The notes below the pieces were generated by a model, which saw only the letters and a program-made list of their open reading frames with translations, had not been told where the DNA came from and did no database searches. From Raillietiella orientalis (lineage: Eukaryota), in the NCBI GenBank assembly GCA_036172245.1, contig JAYWIR010000017.1:1364001-1428000 (forward strand): 64,000 nucleotides of DNA, read 5' to 3'. The position numbers were made by a program, and so were the translations under genes. The stretch's first letter is position 1. Each line of letters starts with the position of its first letter. This document shows, piece by piece, positions 39,045 through 53,173 of the stretch.

Positions 39045-40585
39045 TAAGCATCTTGTAGGTGCAGCAGTACGAGCGCCTCCTTTTCGGATGGTCGAGGTCG
39101 CCTCTGCTTTGCCTACTCGCTGTTCCCATTGATTTGTTGGTCTCTTCCGAAACTTTTCCCGTGAACGGTCTCCTGGCAAGCTTGCTCTGTCGCTCCTACA
39201 GGTATCGAAAAAGCTTTCTCGCGATCTTTCTCCTTCGTGTTTCTTAACACGGCCCACTCGTCCCTGGGCCAGTCACCAACTCGTGCGTTGCTTCCGCCAG
39301 TTCGGCTCAGGTCGGGTCCTGTCGCTGCGTTCCTCATGGGGGGAGCAGAGTGGTCCGCCAAGTTTGGCAGAACAAGGAACCCGTGTGGAAAGCCAACGAT
39401 CCTTTGTCCGAAGAGTCCTCCGGCAGCCTCTGCTTTGAAGTTAGGGAAATCACGAAGAAGCGCAAAGATCGAAAAGTGTCTGTTGCCAAGATACTCTTGG
39501 AGAGCGCGGGGTGATTCCGGAGTTCCCCCACGGTTTCATTGCCTAACAGAAACGATATGAAATTCATGATGAAGACCACGCTGCGGAAGCGGTTCGTATC
39601 GTTGCCTAGGTGAGGCGGAACACGAAGTTGGATCAAGTTTGTCAGCTGCTTCTCATTTCTGTCGGCTTTTCATTTTATTTTATTTTTCTGTTTCGAGGGA
39701 GTCCCATTGCTTTGTTACAGAAATTTTCTCTATCGATAAGTTCGCGGTTAGATGCACTGGGACATGCAGTATTTTGCTGCTTCCAAACTTTGGAGCGACC
39801 GCTCTGGCTTCAAGATTTTCATCTTTCAGTTTCCTTGGCTGCAGGTATCTTCGCGTCCGCAGGTCCTTTTTTTCCCCTGGCATCACCAACTTGAGCACTT
39901 TCCAGAATAAAAAATCGCTCAGAATCCCAGTTTTCAACCCTGCCGCGTTTTCTTTCTTCTTTATTCCCTTTTTTCCTCATTTGATGGAAAGCATTTTGGA
40001 CGCGTTCTTGCTTGCAGCAAACGACTCGGACCGTTTTGTATCCATAGTGAATTCCTGTCTTATGAATTTTCCATCTTTTCACTCCTCTCTCTTCCCAGGC
40101 TGCCGAGAGAAATGATTTATTCGTTGTCTCTTCTCTTTTGGATGCTTCCCCAACCATTCGCTCTGCATTTTCCTTTTTTATAAATCAATTTTTCCGAAAC
40201 TCTCAGGGCTTCCCAGAGTGGAATTTCTTTCTGAAATCCAGAAACCGTCAACTCAGAGGCAGAAGACACCCTCACCCTGAACGGAAAGACGTCCCAGCGC
40301 TTTGTTAGTTGGACCGGTGCGAGACTTTTGACTTACGGTGGCATCTCAGATAGAGATCTCATGCTTCCGGTTGACTTTCTATGGATGCCTCCGTTCCTTA
40401 CTTCTTGTAGATGCAGCAGTACGAACTCCTCCTTTTCGGATGGTCGAGGTTGCCTCTGCTTTGTCTACTGGCTGTTCCCATTGATTTGTTGGTCTCTTCC
40501 GAAACTTTTTCCAATAGTAGTCTTCTAGCTGGCTTATTTTGCCGCTCCTTCAGCTATCGAAAAAAGCTTTCTCGCGATCTTCCAG
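39045..40585 (-). repeat. ~190-bp direct repeat pair (39045-39235 and 40400-40585), probably a duplicated gag-end segment
   Basis: Both copies contain CTCCTTTTCGGATGGTCGAGGT...GCTGTTCCCATTGATTTGTTGGTCTCTTCCGAAACTTTT. The minus frame reads RRRSYCCTYK..PWHSC (CCHC-like). Confidence 0.75.
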
Positions 40586-42199
40586 CTTCAATCCTGTGGT
40601 CCTAAATCATTGCGACTCTCCTCTGTGAGAGCGATTCTTGATTCTTGCCAACTTGATATGCGCCCATCGCGAAACTCTTACGGTTTATTTCATAGCTGGC
40701 GGCAATCCTGCATCCTGGATCTCTTAGAGTAAAATAAACTATCAAATTCAGGTGACTGTCTTCAACGCCATCTTTCACATTTAGTATCTCTGCTACAGTG
40801 CCTCTTTTTTTCCCGGCTTTCCTCATTCAGCGTCTGCCTGTCGTCTTTTTGCTCAGCCTCATTTTCCCCTGTGGTCCAGTGGTTTCACTTCATGTGAAAA
40901 GGGAGGCATTCTTGATGCATCCGTTGGAAACCAGCTCGAAGCGCGAATTCAGGTGAAGGTTGACTGGTTGGTGTTGGATGCTTTACCTAAAGAGTCCGTC
41001 GAGATTCCCTCCAAGGAAATCCCGGTTAAATTGAGCTTCCCCGCTTGAATTTTTAGTGTAAGTGTTGCGGGAATTCTCGATAAGAGAACTGCGGCGACGT
41101 ACTTGTGGCAGGAAAGGGTCACTGAACTGCTTCCTCAAGTGTTATCTCAAGACGTCAAATGTGACAGCACATGTTTTTGGATGCACATGCCCACATACAC
41201 TTAAGACGACACAGAAACACGCATGTGTGCTTACTGATACAGATGCGCATATGCCCATTTCTATTTCAGCAGTTTATTTTTTCGGCAGGCAAGCAATTCT
41301 TGTACATGCAGAAAATTCCGAAAATGGAATCTGTTCGTGTATCACTATTCGACCAGAGCTGCATCTTGAGGCTGTCCAGATTCAGCAGCACTCTGCTATT
41401 GATTTTTCTGCCAATGCAAATTACGATTTTTTCCCGCTAGCATCTTCTAAAGATGTCGAGCTTCTGGACTGCATTTCGTATGCGTCATCCGTATGCTGAT
41501 TTATGGCTGCCTGCTTTCCTTTCATTTGTTCATTAGCATGCCAGTAAACAGGAGCGGGCGAACAGAATGAGATCCTAATAGTGCATTCTCACCGACTTGA
41601 GCTGGTTCACCCGAGGGATAGGCGTTCCGGCCTTTCGTGAATGGGAATCTTCCTCGCTAGATGGCAAAAACGTTGGTTCTGCGATGTGGCTTCGGTTTTG
41701 TTCATGCTTGCACCGACGCAACACGAACGACGAGCTGGCCAGTAGAAGAATATGGTGTCGTGGTATGACGATGCGAGGAATTTGTGGTAATATCTGCAGC
41801 CATCTCTCAATCAGCTAAAATTCTCATCTTCATTTTTGGCTTGTGGGCGTGACTTTATGGGGGGGCGGGGAGGGGGCAAATGAGTTCCCTTTTGTGTACA
41901 TCTCGTTTGAATGATTTTCATCTCAGCACGATCGTTCCTTTTTTCGTGGAAGGCGTTGAACCGACCCTTCTAGCCATCTGTCACCAAGTACGTGTATTTG
42001 TATATCTGTGCGTACGTATTTGCGTGCGTCCGAATTTTGTCATTAAAGCGAAATCATTAATGCACGTGTCTGCCAAATCGATTCAACAGCGGCCATCCTC
42101 GTGGTGAGCGATTTGCATGGCAAATGCGGCTCTCCGATTCGATTGTGGGAACTTTGCTCAGTAGGCTGGAGGGACGTAGGTAAGCTCGTCTCGTAGATG

Positions 42200-42952
42200 C
42201 CAAGAAATCCAGAAGTAGTAGAATCGAATTTCGTTGAGGGCGGTTCAGGCATGCGCTGTTGCAACCAAGTCCCACGACTTTTGCACCTCTTCCTGACTGA
42301 CCGTAATCAGGAGAAGCGAACTCTGAAATTCTGAGAGAAAGCGACTGGCAGGTCTTTGTGGTGTCGGAAGCGAGTCTTTTCGCTGTACAGGTACGAATGA
42401 ATAGAATACACTGAAGAAGCCTGTCGGGCGATGCCAAGATTCTCCTGGCAGATGAAGAATTATGGAGCAACCTAAGAGGCATGTGAAAGCCTCACAAAAA
42501 TCCAAAGTCGCGAAAGGGTTCAATTCAGCAAGGGTAAATGTGATGGTCAAAGAAGAAGCGTCTGAAGTGAACGCAGCCGCATTCCAGATTTTCAAAACGA
42601 TCCTTCACAGTTATTAGTGCGTAAGGATACCAAGCATTGCAGTTGCTCCTACCTAAAGTTCTAACGATAGGAAAAAAACAAACAGAACGTGATTGCATGC
42701 TGGGTCCTGTGGCTCTTTCAAACAAACCAGTTGCTTTCCTTTCTTTTTCCTTCTCGATTTAACATTCGGAGACGCGTAAACAGGATGTTTGATATTCCAT
42801 TTCAATGCTGGTTTTCTTTTCTTGGATGTGTGCATTCCTCCTTTGGATGGTTTAAAAAGTGACACTGTTTAATAACGAGAAAGTTGTATCCTTTTGTCTT
42901 TCTGCCCTAACTCGAGTATTATTTACTCATAATACTCGAGTCGGATCACTAG
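42200..42952 (+). mobile_element. Helitron-like 3' terminus with weak upstream helicase traces
   Basis: 13-bp stem ACTCGAGTATTAT/ATAATACTCGAGT (42910-42941), 7 nt, then CTAG|T (42949-42953). Upstream AGLCG, MPRF and SQKSK relics are weak. Confidence 0.45.
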
Positions 42953-45900
42953 TAACCTACACAGGGGTTGTTTCCTAATGACTGATGTGTTTCAACGTGT
43001 TTCAATACATGCCACACCATTACGGTTATAAACGCATCACGCAAGAGATTTGCACAAGAAATGGGCTGTTCCACATTGGTATCACCCAAGGGCATGTCTT
43101 TGGATGCTGCTAGCCTGTACCACCTGTAGGTACTTGTTTGACTTAACAGCTGTGTTTTTTCGCTCTCGAGAATCCGGCGTTGAGTTGCGAGTTTAACCCG
43201 AGGTGTTCCATTTGTTACCCAGGGTGTTTCCTTCGTCTCAGCAGAACTTCTGGGCGTTCTTTGTTAATTTCTTCATCCGTGATCGTTTTGGGTTGTTTCC
43301 TCATTGTTGCTGGCTGACCTTTAATCTGAGTCCGTTCTTTGGATGATGTCGGAATCGCCAGAGCGACGCTGACAGCCCGACTCATCACGACAGCAAATGA
43401 GTTTAGAATTGGATACGGTCCGGCGGCACAGCTGTTTCAGTTTGAGAGCACTTGCATTCAGATTAGTGGATTTCTTTGCATGACAACAGTGGACTGATAC
43501 TGGACCAACCCACTTGCTCTCAGGGATACAAACTCTTGTTTACGGTTGCTACTGAGTCTGCTCCTGGACTGACATCGACGCTTTCACTCCGGGCCATCCA
43601 GCAGACTCGCAGACTTCCCTCAGGACAGGGTGGTCGATTCAGATACGCAGGAAGGCGGACTTCTTGTGGATTTTTCGTTTCCCGAAGTCGTGAGCTCACA
43701 CTGCATCCGATTGGAAAAAGAAAGGGAGAGATGGCTTTCTCCCAAAAGCCGCGGATGATGACTAGGGCCTCCTTTCCAAAACTTCCAAACTTCGAATCGA
43801 TGAGGAGGAATCCGTTTCCCTTTTGTGTCGACACAGCTGCCATTTAGCAGCGCATGTTTGGCTGCACTGGGACATCCGCTGGAAGCTGCTAGACGCAAGA
43901 GTGCGCAGTTGCGGAAAGCTCGCTCTCTCTCTCTATTGCACAATTTTCCTTCCACCTCCGTCTCACTCGGCTTCGAATCAGCATCCGACTGCACGTCCTC
44001 GCTTGCTGTTGAATAAGTCAGAACACAACCGTTCGGGTCCCTCGTGCCCGCAGGTACATAAAGGCTGAGCGAATCCATCCGACCAAAAAATGTAAGTGTT
44101 TCGGGTTTTTCCGTGTTCACGAAAGTTGAAGAATGTCTGAGGAATCAGAAGGGCCAAGTCGAACAAATCCTCGAGCACGCTAGGGATGCTTTCAGCTTTC
44201 CAATCCTTGAGCTTCATAGTTCTCGAACCGCTCTTTTCGTGTGATCTCTAGCCTGTGCACGCGTCTACAGCTCCGGACGCATTCGTGCACGAGACAGTCC
44301 TGGAACCTCAGTGGATTTTGGAACGTATCTCCGGTAAAGCTCGAAATGGCGCTTCAATACGGAATGGGCACGGCTCCACGAAGAGCAGCCCTCCAGGGCG
44401 CTGATGAGATCTGCCAGATCCTCCGACGTGCAGCTCCGACGGATAAGAGCGCAACCCAAACGTGACCATGTAAGCAGCTCTTTCCATCTGGATCGAGATA
44501 AACGCAGCTTTCATCGGTTTCTGGTCGCGTGATCCGTGGAGCAAGAGATGCTCGTGCTTAGGAACGTCTTCGTCCTCGTTCGAAATTACCCAGTTATGGC
44601 CTCGGAGCTCATCTTCGTTTCCTAATCAGCGGGTAAAGGCCGAGCAGCTTATCAGGAAAATGCGCGTCTCTTCACCGAGTCGTTTGAGCGTACCGGAATC
44701 CTTTCGGAAGTCTGGCTTCCGGTTAGATCTCACATCGTCTTCTTCGAGAGTTTGCTAAAAGGCCTTTGCGGTTTTCCTCCAGTTGAACACTCATCTCAAT
44801 CTCTGAAGCGCTTCGTTCCCCCGCGAAAAACACTACTACATGTCTTCTGCGAAGATCCTTTCGATGCTAAGACAGCTTTAGAAAGAAAAAAATCCGTCGT
44901 CAAGCATTTCGTGTTTTTTTTTTGTTTCCTTCTGCTTGACGCTTCTGTTCTTTGCACTTTTCTTTTAACTATATGACGCCTCTTTTAGAACCCTGATGAG
45001 CTGCAAACCTTCCTGTTGTCCCGCGAGATTCCCGGTTCGCATCGCCTCTATTCATTAAGTTTCAAAAAAAAAAAGGAAACGAAACTTTTTCAGGAATAAC
45101 TTTCATCTCGTGCGTGACGTAAAAAAAAGTCCTTTAAAAGCTCGTAGCGATCCAAATCACACATGCAACCGGGTCTCAGTAGCGGGCGCCTCAAAGGCGA
45201 CGGAAGCCACCCAGTGAAGGAGGAAACGGGTTATTCGAATGTAATAACTGCAGCGAATAAGGATTACGAGTTTGAGAGGGCTTGCTCATCTAGAGGAACA
45301 GGGTTTTAAATACAAGGTCCGTTGACTTTTGCAGCAGGGATAAACGAGGTCCTTTCTCCCAGAATCCGATCGGCGAATCCGATCGTGGCCCGTATCGGAA
45401 TCCGACCCACGTGGGTTGTCCCAGAGATGTTGTCATAAGCATGAAGAACTGAGCTTATCTTCCTTCCCTCTCATTCTATTTGGTAACGGCTCTGCCCCCT
45501 GCACGCTGGACCAGTTTCTTCTCATCTATCAGTGAAAGTGCACGGTTTCTGAAGAGGTGAAATTTGCGGATTGGGGTTCTCAGCAAGGTCAGGTGCCGAG
45601 ATGAGGAGGAAACAGGGACCTGCGCTGGATAGAGAGGAGCCTGCAGTGCTCCAGTACCCCAATTCCAGATGCTAAGAGTAGCGGCAGCGAGAAAACCGCT
45701 TCGAAAACGCCCTTCCGAGACAGATTTCTCTGTGAATAAGAGGGAGGTACGCACGCATGAGAAACATGCTTGCGTGATCGCAAATATGTTTCTCAGTCCT
45801 TCTCAACGAAGAGGAAGGCTGTTCGTAGGACTGTCGGTCGAGACTCCCAGCATCCATTGCTCCCTTGTGCGCTTTATGTTGTTGCCCAGTACCGTAAGTA

Positions 45901-46499
45901 GTCTTCGCATGTCTGCGGTCCTTTCCATGGTGGTCGTGCCGCCGTTCAATTTGAACAAACTGAACTGGGTGACGAAGTTCATCGAGGATCAGTCCTTTAG
46001 TCACCTGGTGAACCAGATGCTGTTTCATCGAAGCCGTTAAGAAACTAAAGAAAGACCTCCTCTTTGTAACTCATAATGCCTTCCTTCATTGTGAATCGGT
46101 GTGTGCGCCTTCTCAGCAAAGAACATCTGCTCAACCCTTGACTGTCAAATGTCAGATGAAGCCAAGCATGCGCAGTTACCAAAGCAGAGGAAACAGAAAT
46201 CCGGAATCAAGCCTCCAAAACTTTTGAGATCTCTTGCGCACTGGATAAAGCTTCCTGGATAAAGGATTCCCTCACTCTGAAGGAATGAAATAATCGTGTG
46301 ATTTCTCTCTCCCGAACGCAGAGGGAATCTCTCTCCTCAATCTTGAACTCATGTCTTTAAACTCCATCCATGCTGGCGAATTTTTTTCTTTCCTTTTTAC
46401 CTAGCAAAAAGATTGCTTTTCGACAGAAGCGAGTGCGAGTAAGGAAAGCAAAACCTCCTGCTCCCTGAGTCTTTCGGAATCCGTTAGCCACGTTGAGCG

Positions 46500-49400
46500 T
46501 TTGGTGTGGGATCTCTCACCTTGCTGCATAAGAATCACGTATCCAGGAAGCTGCACAATTGAGCCGAATAGGCATCCCAGGATGGTGGTAGCATTGCGGA
46601 TTTTATTCCGGGATATGTTCTTGTTTTATCGATCTTCTACCCTGCTTAACGACATCCAGGGTAGAGTAGTGCAGCTGGTACGCGTGTAGCCAGCACATGC
46701 GCACGAGAAGTTGGTTTCTCTTTCCGTATTTATCCTCGGCTGGTCTCAGTTATCCAAAAACAGACCTTGGAAGCGTTTCCATACCAGAAGAGTGGCTTCA
46801 TTGTAGTCGTTTGCGATAGCTATAAAAGGGCAGCCCCATTTTGCGGTCGCCATCACACCACACATTGCAAAGTGTGGATATCACATCATGGAATTGAGTT
46901 CCGTTTCTGTTCTTTCTTTCCTTTTCCTGTTGTTTTATTGCTCAGGCTTCAGTGTTGTCTAATTCTGTACGTGCACCCAAGATTAATGGCCATAAGAGTG
47001 TTTGGGTGCAACGAAAATATTGGAAGATCTGATAGCTACCAGCCCGGCTAACTGGCTTCATTTAGAGATCACCATGGACCGTAGGGAACCTTACAAATCC
47101 TCACGGATCACATTTTGGAAAGTGATGTTTCCGAGTCCTGGTGCATCGTGATGCATGAACGTCGGCTGCCTCACAGCATCTTGCGCAGCAGCCGATGTTC
47201 GGATGCGCAGAATGAAACGTGTCCTCTCCCACGCGTGGGGAACACTACTATCTATTTTGGAATATGCGTTGCGTGTTCAGTTCGGAAGAATGGCCAGACA
47301 AGTTGATTAAAAATGTTCAGCATCTCACTTCCGTATTTATCGCCCAACCCGATTCATGCAAGAGTAAAAAAAAAAGGAAACAACAACAACAACAAAAAAA
47401 AAACTTTCCCTTGAAGAGCTTACAGTGTTCTACTTTTTCGAAACATCATGCTTAAGAAATGGGAATACCATGTGTGTACTGTGTGTTACGAAAGAGTTGA
47501 TAGGTCTTTCAGGGTTCACTAAATGTGAGGCAGTAGAGAAGATACTGCTTTGTGGAAGAGCAGGGAATGAGTCGAAATCATGTGATTCAGGGTTACTACT
47601 GTGAGGGTTACTACGAGCTTACTGTAACTAGTCGGAGCTTAACAAGAACCTATGGGGAAGAACAGAACTTTTGTTGCGAAAAAGCAATGATGTGGTTCTA
47701 TCCGAGCAGGAGACAGATGAGTCGTGGATGCTTAGAGGTTTTGGAAAGGTTTCTGGTTGCCACCGATCTGCCACGTGTTATTTTTATGATCGAAAATCAT
47801 GTTGTGGGGTGCTTTCGTTTTTCTCCAGGGAATGATCTTCACCGTTGGAGAAATGACTGAAGAGTTTTGTTGTCAATTCATGCTGAACGAGTTGTCTTGC
47901 AGTTCGTTTTACTCACAGGCAAACCTCCAAGGAGCGAGATCCAACAGATCCTGCTCTAGCAAATCTCTTCTTGTGAGAGGTGCTTACAAAAGCTTAAAGT
48001 TGCGTCCAAGGTCCTACTCTGGACCCATTTCTGAAGTGTAGTTGCCTCTCAAGAAACTTCTCTCACCTCCTGTTAAATCGAGGGGAGATTGCCTGTGTTC
48101 CTTCTCTCGTAAAACCAGGAAGTTTTCCAAACGGAAATCCTAGAGATATGTGAAATTGATGAAAGTGATTTCACCGTTTCCCAAGGGCACTCTTGTTCCC
48201 TCATTCTCTACGGAGACGATTTCTACCTGCTTCGAAATTTTTCAGCCTTTGCTTTTCCCATATTTAGCAAAAAGTGAATCAGCACTTTGAGCCGCAGGAA
48301 AGAAACTCATCCGGAATTTTCCTAAACAGTCTTCCCGGGAAATTTATAAAACTCATTGCGAAAGAGTAATTACGTTTTCATCAACCAAATAAGCTCTCAC
48401 CAAGTTGTTGCACTAACAGTTCATTCATGCTAAAGCACTATTACAGTTATGGCCGTCTTCCTGTACAGGTATAACTTAGCTGAACGAAGACATCTATCAC
48501 TGACGGCTACGACCTATTATTCCTTCTACGAAGGCAACAAAGAAAGCCGGTTTCAATGTAGATGTTTTCCTTGTTTGTACAGTAGTTGAACGTTACGTAC
48601 GTTGAACATTCCATTCCCGAACGGAAGGGCTTCTAAGTGCATGCCAAAATTGCAAATAGCCAAAAAAAAAAAAAATGAGTGTATACAGTTTAATGTTTAT
48701 GACACGGTTCAGTAGTGCAACAATCTGTAAGGTTCACTGCTTGTGAAAAGTTTCCCTCTCAGTTGAGGATTGGCTGTACGGAATCGTACAGAATGCGAAA
48801 AGCATTCTAGAGTTTTCTGACCAACATCAAGATATGTTATTTGCAGTCGTTCTTATGATGTTCCGGTATCTCAGTAATGTTCTGACTTGAAAAATAGCAT
48901 TACCCAAGGATCAGGAGTTAAAAGTGTACAGTTCTTTCAGTCTCAAAACTACCGAATGTCCTTCAATGATACCGTGTGATAGTGTTAACGATGTTTTGGA
49001 ACGTCCAAAACTCATTATCATGTATAACATGTATCGCATTATATCTTATTTTCAGGGCATAGTTTCTCTTGAACCCATTTTTCAAATTATCTGGGAGCAC
49101 ACTTTTCCAGGAGACTATAGACATTATGGGTGAGGAATGGCACCAGCAGATTTGAAGACGAATGTTACACGTAGATTGCCGCATACCTGTAGGAGCTGCA
49201 CTGCTATCGTGGTCACAGATAGTAGGAGCAGCTATCGAGGTTATAATATTTGGGTTCGATGCTTGTTGGTCGCAGCTAGTCAGTCTGCAGTCAAGTCTTC
49301 CATGTCCGAAGAAATTTCAAGTTGCCTCATTCCATCTGGATTTGTGGGGCAGCCAAATCACAGTATCGCTCGACGACCCACTTCATGAAAACTTGCTCCC

Positions 49401-49500
49401 CGCTTACCCTGTTGTGCTTTCAATCAATTAGACCAATCTTGCGCGTTACGGTCTGGATTTTTGAGCTTTCATTTTTGAGCAACCGTCTCGCGCGTCCCAA
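46500..49500. mobile_element. Scattered degraded LINE fragments
   Basis: Plus-strand D.NGHKSVW (~46980-47005) and HLDLWGSQIT (~49333-49362) are GDFNAH..WG-like; minus-strand QHDFRS (~47787-47805) is QHGFR-like. Confidence 0.3.
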
Positions 49501-52199
49501 CTTTCTTGCTGTTCTCAGTGAGCGGTGCTGACGGCGGTAAATTTACGTGCAGCGGTGAGCTCCGGTGCTGCATCCTTTTATCAGCTTCATTCCCGCGATT
49601 TTTCGAGGGGATCCAACTCCTATGCGACACGTTTACAGAGTTCCAAATGAGAGAAAAGCGTCTCGGAACCATCATCAAAGCAGAATGGATTCGCTTGGAA
49701 ATTGTGCATTTGCCATAATCCCCTGGAACAGTGGTTCCAGCGAGACTCTCCCCTTCTTAAATTTTTGGTATTCCCTCCTAGTATTTTTGGGCTTTTTGCA
49801 TTTCATTCTATTTTTGGAGGTAGTATCATGCTGCATGGCTTCCCTTATTGAATTCAGGGCATCCTTATCCCATCTTCAAAGTTGCTCGGAGCTTTGGGAC
49901 CGGGGTAAACTTTGCTTTTCCGGACCAGTTTTGTGAAGTCTTCGGTTGGTTGGTTCTTACTTCCGCTTCGTGGAGCGTCTTCGTGGTTATCTCTTTCAAG
50001 TAATCGTTCCGGTAGGCATTTTTCCAGTCTTCGGCGTCATTATTCTTGAAATTCCTTTGCCTGTGTATCGAACGGATTACTATCACAGTTTCTATCGTCA
50101 TTTCACACCTTGCACGTCATCACGATGCGTATCGCAACTTCATAATCCATGCGTTTTATCTGTCATTAGAATTTATAACCGACTATGACCTCAAGTATTC
50201 ATAGATGGACTTTGGGCTAAAATGCAGTGCCTTTTCCTGGATTATATGTGGTTTCCGTTTAAGAGAATGCGCTTTAGGATGGTGGTGCTGTTGGTGCATC
50301 GTCCATCTTGGAAAGCTTCATGGATTTGTTTTTTGACAACTTTCCGAAAAGCCTTTCTGGTGGACGTTCACTCGCATGCTGTGGTTCAGTTCCAGAGTTC
50401 CGTCCTTGTCTAAAGAGAGACTCACTTTATCTGCTCTTCCCAATTTACTCTTCGGGGTCGCATCTTTGACAGACGAAGTTGACGACACTTTGAAGCGCTT
50501 GAATCTCTTTCGGTAGGAGCACTGCGTAAGACCACTGCTAAGTTGCGGCGTTTCGAAAACCGCAACCAGCCTACCAAGGTACCATCTTACCGAGGTCTCT
50601 GCTACCTCAGCTGTTATCGCATCGAAGATTGTGTGAATCTGCGCGTGTGTTTTTTTTGGTTCAGGAGATGCTTTACTCGCGTACTTTGTTTTTCCTTTTT
50701 TAAACAAATAAATAAATGACTTTTGTATTCGTATCTTTCGAGCACGCCCGCAGAGAGCCGGATTTCTTTCTTGTGACCCAGTCATCTTGCCGCACTCGTT
50801 ACGTCTGTATCGTGACATATTCGTGACGTCCAAGTGCACGATTAGTTCCTCGAAGGTACTCGCTCCTTCCACGGTAAAGAGCCGTGTACGTATTCTTCTG
50901 ATGATGCGTTCAAAGTGGATCGCGACAGATCGCCACCTTATCGGATGTCAGCCGCTTCATTTCTTGCTTCCCAGTCAATCGAAAAAAGAAGAAAAATCTC
51001 TCCAGGTGAATCTGAATGCAGACCGTGGAGGAGAGGGGGAGCTGCCTTCCCCCTTGTGGTCCGTGCCGCGCTATTCTGACGACGCACGCTCCTTACAAAG
51101 AGGTTCTCCACCGTCCGGGGAGCCCACGGAGCAGCGGCTGGATGCCTTGAGGCTCGGCTGAGCTGCTCCTCAAGAGGGAAAGAAACTGAGCTCTGAGTAA
51201 TCGAAAGTCCTGGGGCGGATGGAAGCTTCTCGAAGAAGAGCTTCCGGGTAGTCTTGCCTCCTCCCTCCCCCCCTCTGCGGGCGGTTCCTCCTTCCCTCTT
51301 GCACGCGAAGGCACGCTCGCTTTCCCCTGCTTTCCCCCGTCGTACCATCGGGGCGCGAGGGACGCACCAGGTGGATGAGTTGCTGCTTCCCGCATTCGGT
51401 GGCCGGCGTTCTCGCGGCAGGGCAGCAGCCGAAGACGTCAGCAGTAATCTTGGAGCCTGGTGCAGGTCTCTCTTATTCGCTTCCGCAATCTCTCGGCCGG
51501 CAGGTCGGGCCCGTCACGCGCCTTCCGGAGCCACGGAGAGCCTCGTCCCTGAGGGCTCGGGTGGTGTCCCTGAGGTGGCGCAGCTCGTCCAGGTTTCCGA
51601 ACCACGCGCGTACGTCACGTACCCCGCGGCAGGTGTCCCAGTATCCTCCTTGAGTGCGAGGAGACTCCAGCATTTTCATCCCCCCAGGCGTTGACCGTGG
51701 ACAGCACCTTCCCGCTTCCGTAATCTTCCCAGTTCGGTATCCTGATTCATCCTACCCTTGGAGTTTGCCTCTTCGAATCATCTTTAACGGAAGGTCCTCC
51801 GGCAGCCCTCCCTCCGGCTCTTCCTCAGACGGAGGTGCTCTTTCTGGCACTCCATGGCATGGTTCCCGCACGTTTGTTTCTCCCGTCCTCCCGAGGTCTT
51901 CCCGCGCTCGGCACAGGATCCCGCCTCGTCCGGGAACTGGGTGAACGCGTGCAAGGAGGCGCAGGGAACTGGCTGCTGGAGTCGATGCTCTCGCGCGGCC
52001 AACCCCATCCCTCCACCTCCGGAGATGGCAGCAGCTCGTGGGCCGAGCAGCGTCGCCGTTTCACCGCGATCTCGCGCTCCGGAGAGCATGGACGCCGCCT
52101 CGCGTCCCACCCCGAAGAGCCGTTGGGACGGTCGGGATGCCTTGCAGCAAGCACTCCGTCGCCATGGAGGCAAGTGCGGGCGGCGGAGAAGAATCCCGC

Positions 52200-52900
52200 T
52201 CTCTCTGGCTTGCCTCTCAGGCTCGCGGATGACGTCATTTCGATGTCCGGTTCTCCCTCGCCGCGCAAATATCCTCGTCGCGCGCAGTAGTGGTTTCCAG
52301 GGACGCATGCCATTGAGATGAGGGCAGAATCTTCACACCTAAGACTTTCAGCTCCCCTTCCCTCTCTCCCTCTGCTGGCATCGAACAGAGAGTGGCAGCG
52401 CGTCGGAAAGCTTCGCCCTGACTCGTGGACCAGGGAGCGCGGACCACCCGAGAGCGCGCGGGACGGAGCAGCCCGTTGGTCCGGTGCGGAATCGGTGCAC
52501 CGCGCTCGCCTGCGCGGGCCACCGTCCCCAGACTCGTCCTCCTCGCTCATGGCGCCTCTTCGTGTGATGCGCGGCGTCTCCGGGTCCTCCCTCGAGCTCT
52601 GCGCCGACCCGCCCTCAGGCTTCCCTTGACGGGAGTCTCGCTCGTTCACCATCCCGCCGCAGCGATGGCGCTGCCTTCCATCTCTCTTTGTTGCCTGCGT
52701 TCTTCTCCTCGACTTTCCTTCTGGCCGGTTACACCAGCCGGCGTTGAAATCCGGGGCTTCGCCATAGTTCCAAGGCCATTCCCCCCTCCCCCCATCTCCT
52801 ACGAATCTGCTGTCCTGAGGACACAGCCGCTGCCCCGGGGACGCGCCTCGCGGCATCCCACCGGGAAGGAAGGCAAACTCGGTCGGCCGGTGGGACGTGG
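52200..52900 (-). mobile_element. GC-rich degraded LINE endonuclease fragment
   Basis: WNYGEAPDFNAG within the minus ORF 51825-53270 resembles the GDFNA motif. Confidence 0.3.
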
Positions 52901-53173
52901 CGGAGGCTGCTGGTTCGACACATTGCGGCCCGCAACCGATTCCTGCCGGAGGTCGCGCAGCACCTTCCGAAGAACGCGCGCACCCTCGAGGTGGAACGGG
53001 AAGATCAGCGGCGGAGCTGGAAGGGGGAGGGGGTAAAGAAAGGAAAAGCGACGCCTGGACACGTGGCGGCGACAGTGCTGCCGCCGCGATGCGGAGGGGG
53101 GGGGGGGGGACGCGGCGACGCAGTTCTCCCAGCATCCTCTTCCTGCCTGACGCCATCTTCTCTGCCGTTCTAG

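Noticed and set aside
45361..45415. Repeated GAATCCGA motif
   Set aside because: Three short copies only; most likely local slippage.
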